A stretch of 64,000 bases of DNA. Source: Stylophora pistillata. Taxonomy: Eukaryota. The notes under the pieces are model-generated. The model saw only the letters and a program-made list of their open reading frames with translations. It did not search any database and was not told where the DNA came from. The position numbers and the translations under genes were made by a program. Location: contig NW_019217817.1 in assembly GCF_002571385.2 (NCBI RefSeq), positions 485,364-549,363 on the forward strand, read 5' to 3'. Shown here piece by piece: positions 23,001 through 34,200 of the stretch (within the stretch, counting starts at the first letter, position 1; every line of letters starts with the position of its first letter).

Positions 23001-24976
23001 TGTGCCTTTAGATTTTCCCTTTGAGAGAAGTTCTCCAGATGTCCCTTTTGACTTTGCACTTACAATAGGACTCCCTACAGAGTAAAAGCTGATTTATTGC
23101 TTAGTAATCCACATCTCATGCCAAACCAGTTTACCTCTCTTTTATCTTTGATTTACCTTTTGTATTTAGCAGATGTATCTTCAGTTGAGAGACCATGTTG
23201 TCTGAAGAAGGCATTCTAGGTATAACAAAATTAAACATCTTTAGGAAGAAATTTAAAATCCTCGCCAAAGCTACCTATAACATACACGCAAGATTAACCA
23301 AGACCCAAGTGTGAACATCATTGTGGAGACCAGTCTCTTCCATAAGACAACACTGAAAAAAAAAAGTCAGGCTTTACTTCAGGCAGAAGTTACACTGATA
23401 TATTTGGGACAAATTGCCTTGTTTGTTTCATCACAATTAGAAAACATTTTGAAAACACTCATAGACCACTGTGGACTTTTTGAAAATGATATTACTAAAA
23501 AGATAAAAAACAATCAAGCCTCTCAGAGACAATATCTACTCTGACTGAAAAAAGCTTCATTCATATATTGTAAAGAAGTCTGACACAAAATGTTACAGCT
23601 GTAAGTGCAATGTTTTGGTTTGGCCATTAATACACATAGACAAATGCTATGGTTTAATATCGTTGATTTGGTAAACTTTATCTTCAAGTTATTGTTGTGA
23701 GTGTTGTCAAAAATTAGCTGTAAATTTCTCCCATTCAAAAGACTTACAAAGGCTGCTTTCTTATCTCAGAAACCATTTAAGTAAAACTGGCTGGGGGTTA
23801 AGATAAATGTTTTATTCTTGAAGTGTTGTGATAGCCAAATAAACTTTATCATCACTTAAAGACCTTCTCTGTGGAAACATTCAATGATATTTACTGTTTT
23901 AAACTCTGTCCTTCAAAAACTATCCCAGTCTATCAAAAACTATTTGTAAGCAAAAGCGAAAATTAATATTTAACCCTTTCACTAGTCAACAGGTCTTTCG
24001 AATAAACTGATCATGAATGAATAAACTTTTCGAACTGAAAATTTGAAATTCAATTCTAACTGGCTTTGAAGAGCTAGTTGTAACTATGTTTCACTAGGAA
24101 AATGTAAAAATCAAGTGAAGTGCTTGGAGCGGAGTCTTTATCCTTCATAATCATACCCTGAATCAAAGCAATCGACACTAACAATCGAACCACACTGTAT
24201 CACGTAATTATCTGGGGTTGCTTCCACTAATTTTTTTTTCGTAAAACAACTGAATCACGCAGGTAAAACTACTATCAAAACCCTGATTTAACGATGAAAT
24301 TCCGACGATCAACATAAAGAATGAATGGCGTTTAAATAACTTGATTAGTCATGTCTTACGCCAAGGCAAGTCTGATTCACACCCTCACCAACTGATCAAC
24401 AACGTCTTTCTCTATCTTACCGCTTTGGCGTTTCCGCCAACTTGCATTGCCCTCAGTTGTAGCCATGTCCAGTTCGTGTCCAGCTGGGTAGATCTTTAAT
24501 ACATGAAAGACGAGATCGGATGTTTAAGTCTAACTCGTAGCGTGTTACCAAATGAACAAATCATTCGAAAAGGAATTTCGCATGCAAGAAGTCGTTTCGA
24601 AGATCTCCGTTTGACGACCATTCCACTCGGTTTTCTCAGGCCGATAGCTCACTATAAAAAGAGATTCATCTAAAAATTGATGCAATGTATTTTTATTTAC
24701 CTAATAAAGGTTAAGTGAACACCGAGTGATCTGTGAACAGCGGAGCAGTCGATACATAGAAATACACCGTAAGTTACCGATGCCCACGTTGGATTGCTGT
24801 GTCCGCAATCAAAGCAAGTCTGAAAACGAAGAAAACCTTTTAGATTTAAGGAAAAAGTACCTAAATAATAGAATAAAATGATAATGAAGTTAAATCTTAA
24901 CCTTATTGTCGGGTTGAGATTTCAAACGTTTGAATATTGTGGTAATGTCTTTCGGACCAGCAATCGCATCCGCCAT
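14066..24976 (-). CDS. ARFGAP2: ADP-ribosylation factor GTPase-activating protein 2/3 (Glo3 subfamily), 19 exons, about 514 aa
   Basis: Exons 24902-24976, 24701-24819, 24421-24493, 23157-23215, 22196-22268, 21944-22085, 21774-21830, 21505-21560, 21117-21152, 19701-20068, 18022-18063, 17657-17704, 17034-17087, 16587-16624, 16440-16507, 16077-16179, 15558-15628, 15053-15091, 14066-14089; phases chain without stops. ArfGAP zinc finger CFDC-x16-CIDCSAVHR, basic [13 protein letters not shown] segment, and Glo3 motif ([10 protein letters not shown]...SLSSADLFG). Probably co-orthologous to ARFGAP2 and ARFGAP3. Confidence 0.93.
16740..16960 (-). mobile_element. Penelope-like pLTR fragment containing a minimal hammerhead motif (16806-16850)
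   Basis: Minus strand reads TGACT-CTGATGA-tgac...gtc-GAAA-CG-TC-AGTCA, with TGACT/AGTCA as stem I. Near-identical to the element at 35487-35720. Confidence 0.7.
18193..18535 (+). mobile_element. tRNA-derived SINE, copy 1, (TATG)n tail
   Basis: A box TAGCTCAATTGG, B-box variant GGTTTGAGCC, core shared with the 27594 and 36703 copies. Confidence 0.8.
18673..18715 (-). ncRNA. Type I hammerhead ribozyme (canonical core) within a direct-repeat element at 18579-18770
   Basis: Minus strand: AUCCC-CUGAUGA-GUGG(GCGA)CCAC-GAAA-C(AGGCUU)G-UA-GGGAU. All conserved core bases present; stem I 5 bp; stem II 4 bp with GNRA loop; minimal stem III; GUA cleavage triplet. Confidence 0.85.
18979..19617. mobile_element. 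pogo/Tigger-like (Tc1/mariner superfamily) MITE
   Basis: TIRs CCGTAATTTCCGGCCGTTTACC / GGTAAACGGCTGGAAATTACGG flanked by TA on both sides. Subterminal GATTACCCGC repeats. Confidence 0.75.
20706..20975. repeat. Minisatellite of 15-nt (GAGTTTTGTGGTGGT) and 17-nt (GAGTTTGTAGTGGTGGT) units
   Basis: Direct read. Explains the spurious His/Thr-rich ORFs at 20627-21043 and 20682-20990. Confidence 0.9.
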
Positions 24977-25242
24977 TTTCCTCTTCCGAGAGAAGTTTGG
25001 AAACGTCATCATTTAACCATATCACGTGATAAGAATTGTCATGACAGAGGAAACTGGGTTTGAATATAGCACAGCAACGAGGCGCTTGCAACCTGCCAAA
25101 TTGGCGGGAAAATGAGATTATCCAAAAAAATTATATTTTATCGTAAATGAAACGAACCTCGATCATTTATTTTGCCATTTGTGGATTTTTAATTGTAGGA
25201 AAATGCTCTTTCTTCTCTCCGTACATAGGTGACGTTAACGAA
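24977..25242. promoter_or_regulatory. Bidirectional promoter region ARFGAP2/3 - SYCP1
   Basis: 266 bp between divergent ATGs. Palindromic E-box ATCACGTGAT 25021-25030, TTTGAA 25059-25064, E2F site TTGGCGGGAAAA 25101-25112. Confidence 0.65.
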
Positions 25243-28200
25243 ATGCAGTCTCATGCTCACAGTCAACTGAAGCATCACATTCAGCAGCCATTATTCAAGC
25301 TGACTACAAACTCGATTCCTCAATCTCACACTCATCAAGCAACAGCCTCGCCATCGCCATGTCTGAGCCCAAATTTCAATAAATCTCCATATCATGGACA
25401 TCTGTTAAATATCCGACCCATGAACTCACCCTCCAACAGCTATTTTCGCCCAAAATCCCCAAGACAGAAGGAAAAAGGTACGTAAATCTGCTATAACTTT
25501 AATTCATCACGATGACGCGAATTCTCATAAAAAAAACCAACAAAACAAAATCAAACAAATCGAAATAAGCTTAGCTACATTATGAAAAGTTGGAGTAAGC
25601 TATAAGCCTAACATAATACAATTACTTATAACTTATAACTCGGAATTATTTGTGTATTTGGTAAATTTCCTTTATTTATGAAGTGATACATTACTAGTGA
25701 AATAATGGTAATATTTCAGAGGCAGAGAAATTGGAAAAAGACAGAACGCAATCAGCTGAACGAATTCATTCCCTTCACACCCGTCTTCATCAAGAAGCAG
25801 ACAAAATTAGAAAATGGAAAACATCCACAGAGATAGAAATAAAAGAAAAGGTAAATTCATGCTGTTCACACTCACGATGTTTCTCAAACCGTGGATACAT
25901 TACCATTGTGTCAAGTTGTATATTTCAATACGTAGGAGAAAAAGTTACTGGAAGCTGTACAAACCATTGACTCTCAGAGGAAGTCAATTCTTGATTTACA
26001 GGTACCCTTATTTGTTTTTTACTTTATTCTAGTATTTAAGAATAAAACTCGATATTGAAAATAATTTTTTAGATAAATTTCTTCATTTATTTTGTCATAG
26101 GCAACCATTTCGGAAGTAGAAAGCAAGTTAATTAGCACGTTAATTCAATAAATCTTGCTATCACCAGTTTATTGCCCTCCTTTTCGACTATATTCAATCG
26201 TGCAAAATTCAGTGGATTATATTACAGTAAAACTCTCAAATATTTCGCTGGAATGTACAAGAATTTGCAAATCTATTGACTTGCACCTTAACTACTGTTA
26301 ACTGAAATGGACAGCCAAGACGTCTAAAAGTTATACGAAAGCTTTACAAGCAAGTCAAACAAGCATTGTTCAGCTGAAGAATCGCATTTTTCTAGAAGGA
26401 ATACGTCTGACTTTTTATGCTGGGATACTAATAACAAGTTTTTAAGAAAGTTTTTCTCCGGCCTCTGTATGGTCCACCCATAATCAACTTCAATGATAAT
26501 GAGAGGGACCTTTCTAGTACTCTTACCTTGAATGGCGATCACAAGAAATAAACGAACAGATGGAACAAAAATACTGATCATTATTTATGTGAATACCATT
26601 ATTTATACTTACACGAATACCATTTTGCTATCACGCCATAATCAAATTTTTTTTCCTGTTGCCTATAATGGCAAGCGCCGGGATAACTTTATGACTTAAG
26701 AAACTAATTGTCTGTTATAGTAACTTTTTGCCATGATCTCTTTTATACTTAGCTTTATTTTAATTTGTGTTTACAGTTTCAAAATGAAAGCCTCAGTTCA
26801 AAACTTCAGGAAGAGCTTGCAAATCGAGAGGAAGTGGAACACAAGTAAATAAACACATCACTATGAAGTTTGAATTGATGATAATGATAATAGCGACAAT
26901 ATCAATAGTTTCTGTACAGTTATTCTACTAGCGGATGAAGACGGACAGCGGAATACAATACTGCAAATCCGAGTTAAGAGTAGAAAACTAAATGCTGTTG
27001 ACAATGAATGTTATCTATTTCTGCGATCTAAAAGACTGGAATCCATCTTATCGACATTTACGTTAATGCATTACACATGTAAATGTATTTTTTCCCTTTA
27101 GAATCGTTTCTACTAGAGATATGTGCAATGTACTGAAAGATCACGTGGCGAAGGTGGAGGAAAATATTCTTAAAGGTAGGTATGTGTCGAATTTCCGAAT
27201 CTGAATCTCCACTGAAGGTGAGTAGTTAGAACTATTTAACAACATATAATAAATGCCGTTTTTGACCCACGCAGGAGAAGCTGATCGCGACGAACTCAGA
27301 TTTGAAGATAAAAAGCGTATTGGGCAATTTCAGGTGATACGAAATTCGTAGCTGTTGTTTTATCCATAACGACCAAATGTTATAACAACGAGTTTAGCTG
27401 CAAAAGTACATATTGAATCAGTCACAGTAACCTAGCATACCTTTTTTTTTGTCAGGAAATGGTCATTAAATTTCAGGATCTACAAATTGAACACACAGCA
27501 AAGTTCAATGAAATGAAAGAAAAAAGTAAGCGTTTATGAAAATTTTGTCTGTTTACCAACCGATGGGTTCTTTTAGATGTCTGTTACTGAACTAACCGCC
27601 TCCCGGTTAGCTCAATTGGTTAGAGCGCCGGACTTTTGTGCGGGAGGTCGAGAGTTCGAGCCCCGGCCGGACCAATACTCAAGGTCTTAAAATAACTGAG
27701 GAGAATGTGCTACCTTTCTATAATATCATGAAATTTATAGACATTTTAGTCTTCTCGGATAAGGACGAATAAACTGTAGGTCCCGTCTCCTGCATCTATT
27801 GGTTGGTTAATAAGGTTAGGCAGGGGACGTTAAAGAACCCACGCACGAGATTACTGTGATGTGGTCTGGCCTATTTACTGGGAATTGGGGGGAATGGGCA
27901 TCCTCAACTTCCTTTGATTCGTTGTAAACTGCTACAAGCAGTCTGGCAAAGTCCCCCGCACAGTGTTGTAAGAATGGCCCTGAAAAGCCCCAAGGGGAAT
28001 GGTCATCTAACCCATCCATCCATCCAACTCGCCTACACTATGATGTTCTTTCAGTGAATGAGCGGAAAAAAGAGCACGAAGACTTCGTCATGGAATATAC
28101 AGAAAACCTCCAGAAAGCAGATAATCAGGTACCAATGCGATGGTACTCATTTACTCACCTTTCATTCTACAATACGTGTTCAACTGATTAAAAAACCGTA

Positions 28201-31200
28201 CTTCTTTTGGTGGGCATTTATGTAGGAAACTACATGTAATACAATTTATAGTTGATTCGTATAATCATCCTTAAACTTGCGCAGATACGACTCCTCGAAA
28301 CTGACAAGAAAACAAAGGAGAACCAAATTTCCACCATGGAGGCAGCTTTAGAAAAGAGCAAAGAGGAATCTACTTCTTTCGAGCATGAGCTAGGTAATTT
28401 GTTACGTTAATATAATAAATTATGAAATTAAACTTTACATTCACTTTTCTAATGAAATAGAAATAGATATACATTTCCTTTCATTCTTAGAATGCAGTGC
28501 CGCCCTTCAAATTTTAACTTCTCAGGTTCTTTTCTATTCTTCTATAGCACTCTTGCAAGATAAACTGAAGAAATTTGAAAGTATCATCACCTCGCAACAA
28601 GTCCAAATTCAAAATACAGAGGACATGTTATCTTTCAATAAGGTGAGAGAAAGTGAAATGCTGGCTCCTCCATAAAATACCATCTAAAGTTATGGGAAAG
28701 CGAAAACAAAAAGCTATTGACAAAATTATTCTTTTAAAACATTTCGCGTTTCATTTGGACTCTGTAACGTTCTGTTTCGGGATGCACTTTAGCAAGAGTG
28801 TAAGAGGACTGAAGAAGAACGTCAAGCCATTCAGTCACAGTTTGAGAGTGTCCAGCAAGAGAACCAAATACTGAAAGAGTGTAATCTTGAGATGAAAAAG
28901 GAGCAAAGGAAAATATTAGACGGGCTAGAAATACAACTTTCCTCTCTGATAAAGGAAAAAGAAAAACTGGAAGAGGAGTAAGTATAAAAGTATGTCGTTG
29001 AGATAAAACTGACATGGCCGAGAGACGAACTTGATATTGATTTAACTGTATTACGTTTTTAACTTCTCATTTATACTTTCTAACGCAAGAAACCTTTTTC
29101 TTTCGCAATCAAGTCTCCAAAATCTTACGAAGACCAACGAAACTACAACAGAAGAACTGAAACATCTCCGGGTAAAGTTTGGTAAGTTTATGAGTTGATC
29201 CCTCTTTACAAAGTCCTATCGACTCCTTTATTTAGAGGTGTGGCCTTGCTGACCGATAAGATTTACCAAGAGAACATTCTCTTGGATTTACCAAGTTTGT
29301 CATTGCACTTGTTGCCCTTTTGAGTGCGTTCTTAAGCCTTTTTAGAAATTTTAAGTATTTTATTTAGAGAAACAGTTATGGACTTCCCTATATACGTTAC
29401 AAGGGAATGTTATCTGAATGTTTTTCATGATTACTCTACCTTAACATGAACAAATGTTTTATGGCGTTACAGAGGCTCTACGAAGAGAGAAGGAAAAAGC
29501 AGATGCTTTAAACGATCACATTCTTAAAGAAAAGGTAATCATCTAAAAGCCGTCCTGACCTGAAAAGGAAATATTTTAAAGTAATTCTTATGGATTGTTT
29601 TTGTCTCCCTATTCAGAATGATTTAATGAAAGCTTCCGCAGACTTACAAGAGAATCTGTTAAAGGAAGCCGAAAAAGTTTCATCGAAAGGAGATTTGTTG
29701 CGGCAGTCAAAAGAAAAGCTGGGCGAGTTACAGGTCATCAATTTTATTTATCGGTTTAATGTTCTTTTAGCATTTCATTTTATCAAAATTCTTTGTTGTC
29801 CCTTTTTTATCTTCTTCTCGAGCCATTATGTTTCTACTTGGAGTATTTTCTCTTCATGTATGATCTTCATTTTCCCCTACTAAGTATCAGTACTAAAAAG
29901 TTGTTTGACGTTTAGGAGACGAATTTCTCGTTAATGAGCGAACTTGACCGAGTCAACAATGTTAAACACGAAATAGAGGAAAAGATCCGCAAGTTAACGC
30001 TTTCCTCGGAAGAGAAGCAGGTAAATGTGCTTGCCTACGTAACCATAATTAATGTAAAACCAGCAGCTAAGAAAGCAACCCTCATTACTAATTCGATTGA
30101 TGTTAAAACCCTTTTTTCAGAGGACAATAAGCGATCTTGAAGGGAAATTCTGCAATGCAAACTACAATGAAAAATATTTAACAGAAAAAGTACAAGATCT
30201 TCAAAAAAAGCTTCAGGATGAGAGGTACTCTTTACATAACAAAAACTAATGGTACGTTTGTCTAAAATGTATCTGATCTTAACCATATATCTATCCTTTA
30301 ATTGAATTCACGTCTTTGGAGTTCAATTTTGATTAATTTTTCTGCTTTTGTTCTTGTTGTTAAAGAAAAGAAAAAGAGCAGCTCCAAAACTGCTTGGAAG
30401 AATTTAAGGTATGGTGTCCGTTACGCCAATTCGTATACGACCTCGCCTGCATTATGTCGGATAAATTTGAAAACGCGACTTTGTTTCTACGATCTTTGGA
30501 AATTGGATCTTTTCGAAAACACTCTTCAAAGTTGATAAATTGAAAAAATTCCGAGGCTCGTCTGATGCACACTGCTTGTACGGGATTCTTTTACCTCGAT
30601 CTTAATTGAATGAAAATCCAGACACAAATCATAACCAAATTACAAGTTTATTTGGGTAATCTAGAGTCCGTCCTCAAGAAGCCGAAAAAAAAAAACGGAA
30701 TCGCTGTTTTCAATTTTTAGAAACTTCACTGATTAATATAAGCATAATTACCCTTGTATTTCTTCAACTATTTGATGAACCTGTTTGTCTTTTTTCTGCT
30801 TTAAATAGGATTCTGAAAGAAAACTTAGAGATGAAATCAGTATTTTGGAAGAAAAAAATTCAGTACTGGACAAGAGCTTAATGGTACTTGTCCGCAAATT
30901 TCTTTGTTCTGTTTCCTTTGATGTTATATAACTTTTGTTGAGTAAAATCGAAAATATCTAGTCGCAATCGTCATGCCAATCCATGTTTAATCAACAGGAA
31001 GCATCAAAAGCAGGAGAAGAGTCCAGTAAACTCATTGAAAAGTTAGATGGAGATTTCCAGAAGCTCCAGTAAGTTACTACAGCCAATCAGGGCTGATTAT
31101 TTCTTTCCCTCCAAACATCAAGTGATAGCTACAGCCAAAGGGAGGAAGGAAGCCAGAAAAAGTGTTTCAAAAAATTATGTCTTGAACGACAATTTAAAGT

Positions 31201-34200
31201 GCGGAGCCGGAGGGGAAAATACTTCTGTTTCTGCACCCTCACCTTTTTAAATGGCAGCGTAACTTCTAAAAATATACAAATGTATGGGCCTGAAATTTAG
31301 CTTATTATTTTTTCTTGTTTTCTTGATATCATCAGGAAGAAATACAACAAAATGATGAGTGACGGAAAGGTTCAAGATGAAGAGAGAGCGACGGTTTTAG
31401 AGAAAGAGAAAGACAACGTAATTAATCTAAGTCACTGTAGCAATTTTTAACGTGGCTGAACTTATTAAAATTTGTAAATCTACTTAGAGGCATCTTAAGA
31501 CTAAATTTATGTTACCAAATTTTACCAGAATCGATCTTTAAAAGATGACCTTAAAGAAAAGACCAAGCAACTGGAAATCCTCGAAACAAAGGTGAGCAAG
31601 AGTTCACTAAAGCTTACTATGAAAGCCACTTTGAAACGTTCAAGATCAGATTTGTTTGGATCATAATTGAATCGTCTCATTTTGAGTTGATTGCAACACC
31701 AATTTCTGGAAATTTCATCGCATAAATTTTCATCCCTTTTAACTTTTCCCTCCCATTTCATAACATTTGGTAACCTTCGAGTTCATTATTTCTGCAGGCA
31801 AAAGGTCTCCAGGATCAGCTTACAGCCAAAACTAAACAATCTAAGGAACTGCAGCAAGAAGTAAGTATATATCCAAAGGTTATCTTACAGAACTCTATCA
31901 CCAAATCAGGCAATCTGAGTACTTTCAGTGACTAACCATTTGCATGTGCTATTGTTTTTTATTACACAAAGAATAAAACGATGAAAAGCAAGGTTACCTC
32001 TCAAACCAAGGCTCTCGACAAGTTAGAAAATCAGGTAATTTCGCGATAACAGGGAATTTTCCCCCAAACAGGTTATGGATGTATTCACTGGTGTTCCTTT
32101 CCTATTTTAGAAATCAAAGATATCCGCTGAACTTGACACTTCCAAGGAACAGATTAAAGATTTCTCAGAAAAGGTGAGCCTTATGATATTCAACTGCAAT
32201 CAATTAACATCGTTGACACTTCACATTTTCAGCAGGCATCTTGAGTTAAATGATAAATACTCGAACGTTTTCAATTTTTAGCTCAAGCAAAGGGACGAAG
32301 ACTTACAAAGAACAAGCGACCATACCGAAGTCGTCCAAAGACAAGTATTGAGTCGTTTTTAGGGGCTTTTTACCTTACAAAATCTCAATGCCACTTCGAA
32401 AACGGAGTGTTCAAATAGTTTTGCCCTCTAAATCGATCGTAGTTTCCTTTAGGTGTTCTCTTTCTTTATAACGTAGTCTTGAAGTTTCTGGAAATGCAAT
32501 CGTAGTTCGCTAGTTGTTACAGTTATTTTGGATATTACACATTCTCATCCATTACTAACAGAAACACACAAAAAAAGCAACAAAACAGCTCTCAAATAAA
32601 CATTTAAAACTAAGCAGTTATCGACGTGAGTGTCGAAACTCAGTATAGTACGTCAGGTAAATGAATCAAGGCGGATTTTAAAGAAAATAATAATGTCTGC
32701 GTGTTACTTGACAGTTGGAGGCTATGAAAAAAGAAATCATCACGAAGTCTGAAACAGTGGAGTATCTTGAACGACAGGTAAGATAACTAGCACTTCGAAT
32801 ATTCAACTGATGTATAATTTCTTTATGATCAAGTTACTTTGTGAATTTGCAAGGATACTGCAGGGTGATTTTACACCTGAGAAATAATTTGCTTTAGTCT
32901 TTGTTTTGGGATCTATTCCCCTAAACCTATATTAAATTGAATATAATCAAACAGGTTCGACAATTTAAGGAGGAAAAAGAAAAGGCAATACAAGATAAAG
33001 AAACAGTACAAATGGAATCTGAAAAGCAAATGAATGAGCTATGCGCAACGTTGGAAAAGTACAAGGTAGATTACAAGACTAACGTCTGTCTAGAAAACTG
33101 TACGATTTATTTAGGCGTTAAGGATTTTACAAGGTTTTCCTTGAAATACCTTTGAAAATTTAATCTAGCTAGATAAACTTATACTTTGTAATGCTATGTT
33201 GTAAGGAAATATAAAATAAAGTATTGGTGTTTTTGTTGCAAGGACACAGCAGTGTTTACTGCTGGTCAAACGGTCTACTTAGAATCTTAGAAGTAAGTCA
33301 TAAATTATTCCAGATAAATTTACACTGTGCGTGAAAGAAGGCTGAGTATAGCATTAATATTGCTGAATTTTTTCCTGAGCGTTTCCCAATAAGTGCATAG
33401 TGATAGTTTTGCAAAATTATCTATTAAGATATTCCGCTTTCAAAGATTAATTTACTCATAATTACCGTTACCAATGTTAAAAAGTGCAAGTTAATCTTTT
33501 TAATCGACAGTTGGAAAATGAAAAAATAGTGGCCCAAAAGGAGCGAGAGCTGGACCTCTTGCTTGCCAATGCAGAGAAAGAATCGCAAGAAAAACATGTA
33601 AGTGGATAAAGGGCGAACGAACGTTTATATAGCTATTACAAGCAATGATGAAAAGTAGGTTCCTAAGTCGACATTTTACTTCCTTTCTCCCAATGTTTTC
33701 TTCTCTGCAGGAGAAACTATTAATGGAGGCCAAGAAGCAAATAAAAAAATTAGAAAGAGATATATGCGATCTTAAGGAGAATCAGGTATAACTCTCTCAA
33801 GTAATTCTACTGAGGCTCGTTGAAATATGTCATTTAGATACACTGACCACTCCTGTTCCATAAAAACAAATAAACATGCTCTCAAAAGAAAAAAGAAAAC
33901 AGACGAAATACAAACAGAAAAGAAAATACTACTTGTGTTCTAAATTAAATCAATTTACTGACTCACCTTTACAAAACACAAGAGGAATTGTGGATTTTCA
34001 TCCTCGTATGGGATATTTGCCTCACGATGATTAAGTAAATATAATGTTATCTTGTTTATATCACTGACTTTTCGACGCCTCCAGGAAAAAGACAGGGAAA
34101 GATTAGAGTTCGAAAAATCTGAAGCAATCGAAGTACTGCAAAAACAACTAGAAGCAAAGGTAACCCTAAGAGATATTCCAAGCGTCAGCTTAAATTTGTC

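Noticed and set aside
25147-25242. Upstream in-frame ATG giving SYCP1 a signal-peptide-like N-terminus
   Set aside because: A strong polypyrimidine tract and AG at 25227-25228 suggest this is intron, and SYCP1 is nuclear. ATG 25243 preferred.
27597-27675. Possible functional tRNA genes here and at about 18196 and 36705
   Set aside because: Poor anticodon arms and attachment to a shared repeat body identify them as SINE heads.
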